In this document: in pieces, positions 8,242 to 16,870 of the stretch
How positions within the stretch are numbered: the stretch's first letter is position 1
How the letters are laid out: each line of letters opens with the position of its first letter
Origin: Roseibacillus sp.
GTDB taxonomy: Bacteria; Verrucomicrobiota; Verrucomicrobiia; Verrucomicrobiales; Akkermansiaceae
Direction of reading: 5' to 3'
Assembly: GCA_965242925.1 (NCBI GenBank)
Contig: CBDEUM010000036.1
Location: 1-18,182 of the forward strand
Length of the DNA stretch: 18,182 nucleotides
Position numbers and translations under genes: made by a program
Notes under the pieces: model-generated
Seen by the model: the letters and a program-made list of their open reading frames with translations, nothing else
Databases searched by the model: none
Told to the model about the DNA's origin: nothing

Positions 8242-9252
8242 TTACGGCACCGGGACCTTGGAGAGGATGCGCTCAATGAGCATGTCGGCATTCATGTCTT
8301 CCGCCTCGGCTTCGTAGGAGAGCAGCACCCGGTGGCGCAGGATGTCACGCGCAAGGAACTTGACATCCTGAGGTGTCACAAATGAGCGACCTGCCATGAA
8401 GGCTCTCGCCCGGCAGGCGAGGACGAGATTGATGGAGGCGCGAGGAGAGGCGCCAGCACGCAGGAGGGGTTTGAGACCGGTATCGACCTTGGCCGGATAG
8501 CGCGTGGCATTGACGAGATCTACGATATACTCGCGGATGGCCGGGTCGATATAGATCTGATCGATGACCTCGCGTCCTGCTTCGATGGTGGCGGGATCGA
8601 CAACCTGGCGGGTGCTCTCAGAGGGAGTCGTTGAGGCCATGCGATCCATGATGAGGAGTTCTTCCTCCTTGCCGGGATAGGAGACTTCCACTTTCATGAG
8701 AAAGCGATCCAGTTGCGCTTCGGGTAGCTGGTAAGTGCCTTCCTGATCAATCGGGTTCTGGGTGGCCAGAACGAGGAAAGGAGCGGGTAGCGGGTAGCTG
8801 TTGTCTCCGAGGGTGACCTGTTTTTCCTGCATCGCTTCAAGGAGCGCGCTCTGTACCTTGGCAGGCGCACGGTTGATTTCATCGGCGAGGATGATGTTGG
8901 CAAATAGAGGACCGAGTTTGGGAGAGAAGGTGCGTTGATCCGGATTGTAGATCATGGTGCCCACCAGGTCGGCAGGGAGAAGGTCGGGCGTGAACTGCAG
9001 CCGGGCGAAAGACAGATTGAGTGTCCCTGCCAGGGCCTTGACAGACAGGGTTTTTGCGAGACCGGGCATGCCCTCCAGAAGGATGTGCCCGCTGCAGATC
9101 AGACCAATTAAAAGCCGATCGACCAGTTCCTCCTGGCCTACCAAGACACGCGCGATCTCCTCCTTGACGGTGCCCACCCATTGACTGGCCTGGGCGATTC
9201 GTTCGGAGAGTTGTTGTGGATCAGTGGGAATGGGTTGCATGCCCGCAGCCAT
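8242..9252 (-). CDS. moxR: MoxR-family AAA+ ATPase
   Basis: GHILLEGMPGLAKT (Walker A), RLQFTPDLLPAD, ILADEINRAPAKVQSALLEAM (Walker B), ATQNPIDQEGTYQLPEAQLDRF, GASPRA. The start could be ATG 9240. Confidence 0.97.
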   Translation of the reverse strand: MAAGMQPIPTDPQQLSERIAQASQWVGTVKEEIARVLVGQEELVDRLLIGLICSGHILLEGMPGLAKTLSVKALAGTLNLSFARLQFTPDLLPADLVGTMIYNPDQRTFSPKLGPLFANIILADEINRAPAKVQSALLEAMQEKQVTLGDNSYPLPAPFLVLATQNPIDQEGTYQLPEAQLDRFLMKVEVSYPGKEEELLIMDRMASTTPSESTRQVVDPATIEAGREVIDQIYIDPAIREYIVDLVNATRYPAKVDTGLKPLLRAGASPRASINLVLACRARAFMAGRSFVTPQDVKFLARDILRHRVLLSYEAEAEDMNADMLIERILSKVPVP

Positions 9253-9333
9253 GAACGTCTACAAGCGACGCGCTTGCAATGCCCAAATCGTCAATTGCCG
9301 AGCCATGAATAGCCCGGATTTGTTCAGGGGCTG

Positions 9334-9760
<427 letters not shown>

Positions 9761-9854
9761 CTTTGCTTAGGAATGCTCCAACCCGTTCAACGATATTCCT
9801 GTCGGACGCTTGTCCGTAGGGCCGGAGCCATCAGCTAAAAAAGCCTCTGTTCAG

Positions 9855-9884
9855 GTCCTACCGACGCGGGCGGAGTGACGTCAA
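9855..9884 (-). promoter_or_regulatory. Candidate sigma70 promoter of the RRM gene
   Basis: TTGACG (9884-9879), 18 nt, TAGGAC (9860-9855). Implies a leader of about 90 nt. Confidence 0.4.
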
Positions 9885-9892
9885 CTAATCGC

Positions 9893-9945
9893 AAACCGGG
9901 GAGAGTGCGAGCGAAATCGCAAATAATCGGTGCGCTCCCGGGTTT
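9893..9945 (-). terminator. Nested stem-loop just downstream of the micro-ORF (possible terminator or stabiliser)
   Basis: AAACCCGGGAG (9945-9935) pairs with CTCCCCGGTTT (9903-9893) at 10/11 positions. Inner TGCGA/TCGCA stem with a 6-nt loop. No long U-tract. Confidence 0.3.
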
Positions 9946-9950
9946 CAGGA

Positions 9951-10019
9951 TCAGCCCATACAGCAGCAGCTGGCAAGGAGGCCGAGGGCAGTGAGGAGGA
10001 CAGTCAGTCGCAGAATCAT
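9951..10019 (-). CDS. Candidate 22-aa lipoprotein-like micro-protein MILRLTVLLTALGLLASCCCMG
   Basis: Basic N-region, hydrophobic core and lipobox LAS-C. Preceded by TCGACG-17-CAGGCT-6-ATG and followed by TGA TCC TGA. Confidence 0.45.
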   Translation of the reverse strand: MILRLTVLLTALGLLASCCCMG

Positions 10020-10155
10020 GCCCGGAGCCTGCGGTTGAGCCTGGGAGGCGTCGAGCAGAGAAGCTCCTCCGGGGGAGAATTCGCCTGAAAACGAGTGTTT
10101 ACGAACTGCATTCGGGTGCCGGGAGGCAATCCTGAGTGGGTTGGGGTTCAGAGGA

Positions 10156-10184
10156 TTGCGGAGGAGTCTGGCGGGCGCTAGAGA
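10156..10184 (+). promoter_or_regulatory. Candidate promoter abutting the nadK start
   Basis: TTGCGG-17-TAGAGA-6-GTG. Confidence 0.4.
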
Positions 10185-10190
10185 AAGGGC

Positions 10191-11036
10191 GTGAAAGTTG
10201 CCATAGTTGCCCATCCCCGGAATGTGCAGGCCCCCCCGGCTCTGCGGCAGGTGCGCGATGCACTGGAGGCACGGGGCATTGAAGCCGTGCTCCAGAAGGA
10301 GAGTGCCGAACTGATCGGAATGGAGGGTGTGGAACGATCATGGGAGGGCGCCCAACTCGTAATTTCTCTGGGTGGTGATGGCACCCTTCTGGACACCGTG
10401 CACAGAATGGGGAGCTGCGAGGTTCCGGTGGCAGGAGTGAATATCGGGACCCTGGGATTCCTGACGGCCTGCACGGCGGGTGACGTGGACGAATTTGCGG
10501 CAGTGCTGGCGAAAGGAGAACAGGAGGTTGTCGAGCGGGTGGTGCTGCAGGTGTCCATGGAGGATCAGTCCGGGGTGGAGCGAAGTTTTATGGCGCTCAA
10601 CGAGGTCGTCCTCATGCGCGGGGCTACGGGACGGCTCATCTCGTTGGAGGCCCGGGTGAACGGGGAGCTCCTCAATCACTATCGGGCTGACGGATTAATT
10701 GTGGCAACCCCTACGGGGTCGACGGCCTACTCCCTGGCGGCGGGCGGGCCGCTGATTGGTGAGCAGGCCGGGGTCTTCGTCATCACTCCGATCTGTCCCC
10801 ACAGTCTAAGTGACCGGTCGCTGGTGCTGGAGGACAGCTCGATGATCGAGGTGGTCGCGGACGGCGTGCACTCGGAGGCGATCCTGTTTACGGTGGACGG
10901 CCGGGATGTCCTCCACCTCGGGGAGGGAAGTGTGGTGCGGATTGAGAAAGGTTCATCGCCACTTCAACTCGTCCGACTCCCGGGTCGGAGTCACTACGAG
11001 AATCTGCGAGGCAAGCTTGGCTGGTCAGGTGGCTAG
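10191..11036 (+). CDS. nadK: NAD(+) kinase
   Basis: SLGGDGTLL, GVNIGTLGFL, ALNE, ADGLIVATPTGSTAYSLAAGGP and ITPICPHSL motifs. Confidence 0.96.
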   Translation: MKVAIVAHPRNVQAPPALRQVRDALEARGIEAVLQKESAELIGMEGVERSWEGAQLVISLGGDGTLLDTVHRMGSCEVPVAGVNIGTLGFLTACTAGDVDEFAAVLAKGEQEVVERVVLQVSMEDQSGVERSFMALNEVVLMRGATGRLISLEARVNGELLNHYRADGLIVATPTGSTAYSLAAGGPLIGEQAGVFVITPICPHSLSDRSLVLEDSSMIEVVADGVHSEAILFTVDGRDVLHLGEGSVVRIEKGSSPLQLVRLPGRSHYENLRGKLGWSGG

Positions 11037-11070
11037 ACAGCGGGGGGCTGATCAGCTAGGTAGTTGCAGC

Positions 11071-12363
11071 ATGAGATCCGAGGAGGTTGATAGTGAGCTG
11101 TTTGCCCGGAACCGCGCCAGGCTGGCGGAGTTGCTGGGGCCGGGTTCAATGGTCGTTGTTCACGCCAATGACACCATGCCGACCAATGCAGATGGAGTGC
11201 TGCCCTTCGTTCAGAACAGGGATCTCTACTATCTTTCGGGTGTGGACCAGGAGGAGACGGTGGTGATTCTCTTTCCCGATGCAGAGGAGGAAAAGGACCG
11301 TGAGATCCTGTTTGTGCGGGAAACCAGCGAGATTATTTCAATCTGGGAGGGGGAAAAGCTGACCAAGGAGCAGGCCGTTGGAGTTTCCGGGATCAAGCAG
11401 GTGAACTGGACCAACAGTTTCGAGGCACACTTTCACCGGCTTATGCCTCAGGCCCGGTCAGTTTATCTCGCAACCAATGAGCATCTCCGGGCCGAGGTGG
11501 TTGTGGAGACGCGCAACGTGCGTTTCATCAGGGAATGCCAGGCCCGTTATCCACTCCATGATTATCAGCGACTGGCTCCGGTCATGGACCGGATCCGTGT
11601 GATCAAGGACGCGGAGGAAATCAAGCAACTGCAGAGGGCTATTGACCTCACCGAGGCCGGTTTTCGCCGTGTCCTGGGATTCATCGAACCGGGTGTCGGT
11701 GAGTGGGAAATCGAAGCGGAATACCTGCACGAGTTCGTGCGCAATCGCTCAAGAGGATTTGCTTATCCACCAATCGTGGGCTCGGGGAAGAATGCCTGCG
11801 TGCTGCATTACGTGGAGAATAATACGACCTGCCAGGATGGAGAAATGGTTCTCATGGATGTAGGTGCGGAATGGGCAAACTGGAATGCTGACATGACACG
11901 AACTGTCCCGGTCAATGGCCGATTCACGGACCGGCAGCGGGATGTCTATAACTCCGTCCTGAGAGTCCAGCGGGGTTCTACGGATTTCCTTCGGCCAGGG
12001 GTGACTCAACAGGAATGGCGCGATCATACCATCGAGTTGATGGAGGCTGAGTTGATTTCACTCGGCCTGATAAGTGCCGAAGAGGCAAAGGGGCAGGATC
12101 CGGAGGATCGACACCTGGTGAAAAAATACTATATGCACGGGATTGGTCACCACCTGGGGTTGGACGTTCATGATGTGGGCAACGCCTACGAGCCTGTGAA
12201 GGAGGGCATGGTCTTCACAGTGGAACCGGGAATCTATATCCGGGAGGAGAATCTTGGAGTGCGGCTTGAGGACAATGTCCTGATCGGCCGGGACGGGAAT
12301 ATAAATCTGTTCGAGAACTTCCCCGTTGAAGTCGGGGAGATCGAGGAGGCGATGAATCCCTGA
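11071..12363 (+). CDS. pepP: Xaa-Pro aminopeptidase (M24B, with AMP_N N-terminal domain)
   Basis: Metal ligands in MDVGAE, NADMTRT, HGIGHHLGLDVHD, TVEPGIY and RLEDN. N-terminal FVQNRDLYYLSG. ATG 11071 is preferred over 10906, which overlaps nadK. Confidence 0.94.
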   Translation: MRSEEVDSELFARNRARLAELLGPGSMVVVHANDTMPTNADGVLPFVQNRDLYYLSGVDQEETVVILFPDAEEEKDREILFVRETSEIISIWEGEKLTKEQAVGVSGIKQVNWTNSFEAHFHRLMPQARSVYLATNEHLRAEVVVETRNVRFIRECQARYPLHDYQRLAPVMDRIRVIKDAEEIKQLQRAIDLTEAGFRRVLGFIEPGVGEWEIEAEYLHEFVRNRSRGFAYPPIVGSGKNACVLHYVENNTTCQDGEMVLMDVGAEWANWNADMTRTVPVNGRFTDRQRDVYNSVLRVQRGSTDFLRPGVTQQEWRDHTIELMEAELISLGLISAEEAKGQDPEDRHLVKKYYMHGIGHHLGLDVHDVGNAYEPVKEGMVFTVEPGIYIREENLGVRLEDNVLIGRDGNINLFENFPVEVGEIEEAMNP

Positions 12364-12370
12364 TGGGAGC

Positions 12371-12448
12371 AGGGCACTTTGCCTGATCGGCGCCGGGGGG
12401 GGCTTCCGCCTCGCGGAGGTGTCCAGTCTGCGGTATCCTGCCGCTGGA
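12371..12448. terminator. Cluster of GC-rich hairpins between convergent genes
   Basis: GGCA-ctt-TGCC, CTTCCGC-ctc-GCGGAGG and GCGGTA-tcc-TGCCGC in the pepP/aminotransferase spacer. No clear U-tract. Confidence 0.3.
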
Positions 12449-12460
12449 GTCGTTGGGGAC

Positions 12461-13540
12461 TTAGACAAACTCCGGCAACACATCGTCGAGTGCGGCCAGA
12501 AGCTCCTTCATGCTTTCTGGTGTCTCGTTGCCCATGTTACTCAGGCGGAATGTTCTGCCCTTGATTTTTCCGTAGCCGCCATTAATGAGGAAGTTGTGCT
12601 TTTCGCGCACCGCTGTTACGAATGCGGGAACGTCGATTTTCAGATTGTTGGCCACTGCAGTGAGCGTCCTGGAGCGGTAACCCTCGGGGGCGAAATGTGC
12701 GAAACCTCGCTCTTCCACCCACTGATGAACCAGGGCATTGTTCTCGGCGTGGCGCTGATAGCGGTCCGGAAGGCCCTCCTTGAGGATGGAGGCGACCATG
12801 GCATCAAGACCCTGGAGGAGGGAGATGGACGGGGTGGAGGGTGTGTTGTTCTTGGCGTGGTTCCTGGCAAACTCCAGGAAATCGAAGTAGTATCCCCGGT
12901 CCGGAGTTGACTCCGCTCGAGCCAGGGCAGCTTCGGAGGTGACGAAGACGGACAGTCCGGGAGGCAGGGCCATGGCTTTCTGCACGCCGGCCAGAAGCAC
13001 GTCGATACCCAGTTGGTCCGTAGCGATAGGAACGGCGCTGAAGGAGCTGACGCTGTCGACGATGAGGAGGACGTCGTCGAATTCGTTTACGACGTCCGCG
13101 ATTTCGGCCAGAGGGTTCATCACCCCGGTTGAGGTCTCGTTGTGGACCAGGGTGACGGCATCGAACCCTCCCTCGGCCAGTTTGGAGCGGACAGAATCCG
13201 GATCGAGTGGTTCTCCCCACTCGACCTGCACCTTTTCGGCCTCCTTGCCACAGCGTTGGGCTACATCAAACCACTTGTCGGAGAAAGCGCCGCAACAGAG
13301 GTTCAGGACCTTCCGTTGAACCAGATTTCGGATGGCCCCTTCCATTACTCCCCAAGCGGAGGAGGTTGAGAGAAAAACAGGCCTCGTGGTGCAGGCGATC
13401 TGCTGCAGACCCGGTTGGATGGAGGAATAGAGCTCTTCAAAATCGAGGCCCCGGTGGCCGATCATTGGGGCGCACATCGCCTCATAGGTGGTCGGTGAGA
13501 TGTCGACCGGCCCGGGAATGAACAGTTTTGGCTTCAGCAT
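12461..13540 (-). CDS. Class-V PLP-dependent aminotransferase (alanine-glyoxylate/serine-pyruvate family)
   Basis: KLFIPGP, GHRG, VHNETSTGVMNP, IVDSVSS, GVQKAMALPPG (PLP lysine), TPSTP and FRLSNMG motifs. Confidence 0.93.
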   Translation of the reverse strand: MLKPKLFIPGPVDISPTTYEAMCAPMIGHRGLDFEELYSSIQPGLQQIACTTRPVFLSTSSAWGVMEGAIRNLVQRKVLNLCCGAFSDKWFDVAQRCGKEAEKVQVEWGEPLDPDSVRSKLAEGGFDAVTLVHNETSTGVMNPLAEIADVVNEFDDVLLIVDSVSSFSAVPIATDQLGIDVLLAGVQKAMALPPGLSVFVTSEAALARAESTPDRGYYFDFLEFARNHAKNNTPSTPSISLLQGLDAMVASILKEGLPDRYQRHAENNALVHQWVEERGFAHFAPEGYRSRTLTAVANNLKIDVPAFVTAVREKHNFLINGGYGKIKGRTFRLSNMGNETPESMKELLAALDDVLPEFV

Positions 13541-13607
13541 GCGGGTGAAATTTGCCCTCCAAGGGGGCGCTGTCGAGGGCGTTTATAGCGCATCAGGCCA
13601 GGCAAGG

Positions 13608-16187
13608 TCACTCGCCCTGGTAGAGTTGGTGCTCAAGCTGGATTTCGGCCCGGCGGCGGCCTGCTTCCTTCCGCCAGGGACTGCCGCTATCCTCAACTAT
13701 GCGGAGGATTGCCGCCGAGGCGGCCCACCGGGGAAGGGAGCCTTGTTCGAGGATCTCGACCGCGTCAAAGGCACATCGCGAAAAGTAATACCACTCGGTG
13801 GGTTCCTTGCCATCGGGTAGGTTGTCCCGTCGAACGACGTGGTAGTAGGCATCGAGTGCAGGGCGCGATTCGCCAAGTTCTTCGTATACCTGTCCCTTGA
13901 GCCAGAAAAGGCGATTGCTGAGAGGGTAAGCCAGGTCGGGTTGGGCGAGAATCTGGTCATAGATCCTGAGAGCGGCCTGCAGGTCCCCGGATTCACCCAA
14001 TTCCCGGTAAGCGTCGGCGGTGAGCATCCGGGCATCAAGTTGGGCCGGGTTTTCGGTTTCGAGGAGAATTTGCAGGTTGGAAATGGTTTCCCTGGGTCGT
14101 CCGTCAATCTGGCTGTAGGCAAGGAGAAGCCGGGCATCAGTGGCGAGACTCCCCCCGCCATCAATCACCTGCCGCAGCAGGTTTTCCGCTTCCTGGTCGG
14201 AGTTGCCCGCATTGAGCTTCAGGGCAGCACGCGCAGCGTAATAGAGTGCGGTTTCCGCAATCACGGGGTCGACGGCGGCGGCGGCGATTTCCTGAAACCT
14301 GGCCTGAGCATCACTCAGGTTGCCATTATGGTAATAGGCCTCCGCCAATTTGAGCCGGACGGGCGTGCTCATGCGGTTCGACTTGTGCTTGCGCAGGAAT
14401 TCTCTGGAGGCAGTGATGGCGGGGTCCCATTTGCTGGTCAGGCTGGCTGCCCGCAGGTGCACAAGCAGTCGACGCAGATCAAGTTGGAAGCTCAGGGGAA
14501 TCGCCTGCAGGGAATTGAGTTCTGCCATGATCTGGCGGTGGGCGGAAGCGCTGGAGGGCTCCAGGCGCAGGCACTCTTCGGCGATGGCGAGGCGTGCCTC
14601 CGCTACCCGTGGGTGTTCCGGGCGGTCCCGCAGGAAGCGTTCCAGGCTCGGGCGGGCGTCTCCGGATTCCCGGGCAACCTGGTGAAGAGCGCGTTCGAGG
14701 AGGAGGGTTGTGCGCGTCTCCGAGGCGTCGAGGGATTCAACCAGGTTCCTGAATCCGGTCCCGTCGCCAGCCCGCAGCAGGCTGATTCCGGCATTGATCG
14801 CATTCACATCCTCTTCGGGGGGCGGGAGGGATGAACTGACACGGAGAAAAGCAGCGGCCGCGGACCCGAAGTCGCCTTTTTCGAAATTTAGTCTGGCCGC
14901 CAGTCGTCCGGCTTCTTCCCGGAGGCGGGCTGAGGAGGCGGATTTCTCCAACTGCGCAAGAGTGAGAATGGCCTCCTCCTTGCGTTGGCCGGCAATTTGA
15001 AGCTTGGCAGTTTCCAGGAGAGCGCGTGAACAGAATGGATGCCGGGGCATGTTGGCTCCAAGCCATGCGAGGAGGCTCTCGGCCCGTTTGTTGGATTCCG
15101 TGTCGTTCTTCCGGGCGAGAGAGAGGGCGTGATAGTAGAGTGCAAATCCGGTCCGGGTCGCGGTTGCCGGAGAGACGATGATTTCGCCTCCACCAGGTTC
15201 GGGCGGAGTGTCGCCTGGTGCGGAGAAACTGACCCATGAGAGGAGTTGTTCATCAACACGCTTCCTGAGTGACTCGGTGGAGGACCAGTCAAGAAGGCGA
15301 TGGAAGGCTGCCTCAAGGAGAGCTGTGCGCGGGTGCGTGTCGAGAAGGGTGATAAGGGTTTCAATGGCATCCTCGGATTTCCCGGTTTCATGCAGGCACC
15401 CGGCCAGGGAGACTCGGGCGCTGTGCCGAAGAAGGGATGGCACGGGATTCGGGTCTTCCACGATAGTCCTGAATAACGGGACGGCCTTCTCCTTGTCGTT
15501 TCGCGCGATGAGCTGGGCGCGAAGGTAGCGCATGTGGATCTGCTGCGGTCGGTCGGAGGGCTCGGGGTCCCCGGTCAGGAGATCGCCTGCCTCCGAAAGT
15601 TCGTCCTGAGCGATGAGAACCGTGGCACGCAGAAGACGCGCTTCCTGCGAGAGAAGGCTCTGATCTGCGGGCTGAAAGGTGTCGAGAAGAGCGCTTGCCT
15701 GTGCCGGTTCGCCGAGTGCTACGAGGATATGGGCACGGGAGACAAGGCTGCGGTTGCGCAGTTCGGAGTCCCTGGCCTTCTCCAGGTGCGCAAACAACGT
15801 GGCTGCCTGACCGAGTTCGGCGCGCAGGATTCGGGCCTGGGCCGACCAGAAGAGGGCCTGTTCATGTCCGGATCCGGCGGCTCTCTCAAGGTGTTCCAGG
15901 GCGACTGTGCCGCGGTCATGGGAGGCGGCTGCTTCCTTTTCCAGCCTGCCGGCTCGCACCAGAGCTTCGCCAAGTTTGATTTGGATGGTATTCCGTGCGG
16001 CGGCATTGTCGGCGAACTCGCGGAGGGCGGTTTCAAGGGGGGCCACGGCCAGGTCGGGAAGGTGATCCGCCAGGGCCGCGAGACCTTTCCGGAAGGATGC
16101 GTTCTCCCGCAGGTCGGTGTCCGCTTGGGCCGGGAGCAAGGGTGGACACAAGGCGAGCGCAAGGAACAGGACGGCGGAACGGGGCAC
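13608..16187 (-). CDS. Large secreted TPR-repeat protein
   Basis: Signal peptide (PRSAVLFLALALCPPLLPAQA), many TPR-like helices (LKLAEAYYHNGNLSDAQARFQEI; WLKGQVYEELGESRPALDAYYHV). Start probably GTG 16187 rather than ATG 16205. Confidence 0.85.
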   Translation of the reverse strand: MPRSAVLFLALALCPPLLPAQADTDLRENASFRKGLAALADHLPDLAVAPLETALREFADNAAARNTIQIKLGEALVRAGRLEKEAAASHDRGTVALEHLERAAGSGHEQALFWSAQARILRAELGQAATLFAHLEKARDSELRNRSLVSRAHILVALGEPAQASALLDTFQPADQSLLSQEARLLRATVLIAQDELSEAGDLLTGDPEPSDRPQQIHMRYLRAQLIARNDKEKAVPLFRTIVEDPNPVPSLLRHSARVSLAGCLHETGKSEDAIETLITLLDTHPRTALLEAAFHRLLDWSSTESLRKRVDEQLLSWVSFSAPGDTPPEPGGGEIIVSPATATRTGFALYYHALSLARKNDTESNKRAESLLAWLGANMPRHPFCSRALLETAKLQIAGQRKEEAILTLAQLEKSASSARLREEAGRLAARLNFEKGDFGSAAAAFLRVSSSLPPPEEDVNAINAGISLLRAGDGTGFRNLVESLDASETRTTLLLERALHQVARESGDARPSLERFLRDRPEHPRVAEARLAIAEECLRLEPSSASAHRQIMAELNSLQAIPLSFQLDLRRLLVHLRAASLTSKWDPAITASREFLRKHKSNRMSTPVRLKLAEAYYHNGNLSDAQARFQEIAAAAVDPVIAETALYYAARAALKLNAGNSDQEAENLLRQVIDGGGSLATDARLLLAYSQIDGRPRETISNLQILLETENPAQLDARMLTADAYRELGESGDLQAALRIYDQILAQPDLAYPLSNRLFWLKGQVYEELGESRPALDAYYHVVRRDNLPDGKEPTEWYYFSRCAFDAVEILEQGSLPRWAASAAILRIVEDSGSPWRKEAGRRRAEIQLEHQLYQGE

Positions 16188-16193
16188 GGCAGC

Positions 16194-16222
16194 AGTATAG
16201 TGCATCGGCCGCCGATTGCCAG
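16194..16222 (-). promoter_or_regulatory. Candidate promoter abutting the TPR gene start
   Basis: CTGGCA-17-TATACT-6-GTG. Confidence 0.5.
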
Positions 16223-16228
16223 AGCTGA

Positions 16229-16846
16229 TCAGACCGTGCCGAACGAGCGGTCACCTGCATCACCCAGGCCGGGGCAGATATAGCCTTGCTCGTTGAGACA
16301 TCGATCGAGGGATGCCGTGTAGACGGGCACATCAGGATGGACGGATCGGAAGGCTTTCCCTCCTTCGGGTGCTGCGATCACGCAGGCGAAGCGCAGGCGG
16401 GAAGCGCCCTGTTCCTTGAGAAGGCGCACCGCTTCGATAGCGCTTCCACCCGTGGCCAGCATGGGATCGAGGACGATCGTGTCGGAGTTAGAAAAATCAA
16501 CCGGGGCATTGGGATAGTAGACCTCCGGCTCAAGGGTTTCGTGGTTTCGGCGCAATCCGATATGGGCCACGATCGCCTCGGGAATGAGTTCGAGAAAACC
16601 CTCTGCCAGGCTGAGGCCGGCCCGGAGAACCGGAACGATTATGAGAGGACGGAGGAGGCGCCGGCCTTCTGTGTCCTCGAGGGGCGTTTGGACGGAAGTG
16701 GAGATGGTGTCCAGATGGGCAGTGACCTGGGGAACCATCAGGTAGGCGATATTGTGGAGCAGGAGACGGAATTGCTCACAGCTGCAATCCTTGTCCCGCA
16801 GACGCGTCACTCGATCGGCGATGAGAGGGTGGTCCAGGACGGTCAC
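16229..16846 (-). CDS. upp: Uracil phosphoribosyltransferase
   Basis: DHPLI...LRD, VPVLRAG, IGLRRNHETLEP, VLDPMLATGGS (PRPP loop) and GYICPGLGDAGDR motifs. Confidence 0.97.
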   Translation of the reverse strand: MTVLDHPLIADRVTRLRDKDCSCEQFRLLLHNIAYLMVPQVTAHLDTISTSVQTPLEDTEGRRLLRPLIIVPVLRAGLSLAEGFLELIPEAIVAHIGLRRNHETLEPEVYYPNAPVDFSNSDTIVLDPMLATGGSAIEAVRLLKEQGASRLRFACVIAAPEGGKAFRSVHPDVPVYTASLDRCLNEQGYICPGLGDAGDRSFGTV

Positions 16847-16870
16847 GAGGTGGAGTGAGATCGTGGGTTG

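Noticed and set aside
1225..9252. moxR-DUF58-vWA-TPR cluster as a novel system
   Set aside because: It is the known MoxR-proper/Bat operon architecture. Only the fusion junctions are reported as findings.
9256..9294. sigma54 (GG-N10-GC) or sigma70 promoter upstream of moxR
   Set aside because: Only the minimal dinucleotides match, and the TTGACG/TTGCAA boxes have no correctly spaced -10.
9885..9953. TGA-TCC-TGA followed by a stem-loop as selenocysteine readthrough of the micro-ORF
   Set aside because: The readthrough peptide resembles no selenoprotein I recognise, the hairpin is not identifiable as a SECIS, and no sel genes are in the window.
10020..10214. 87-aa extended version of the micro-ORF (9951..10214)
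   Set aside because: The extension overlaps the nadK start and promoter and looks non-coding. The lipoprotein signal only makes sense from ATG 10019.
10906..11070. Long N-terminal extension of pepP
   Set aside because: It overlaps nadK by about 130 nt. The family-like sequence begins at ATG 11071.
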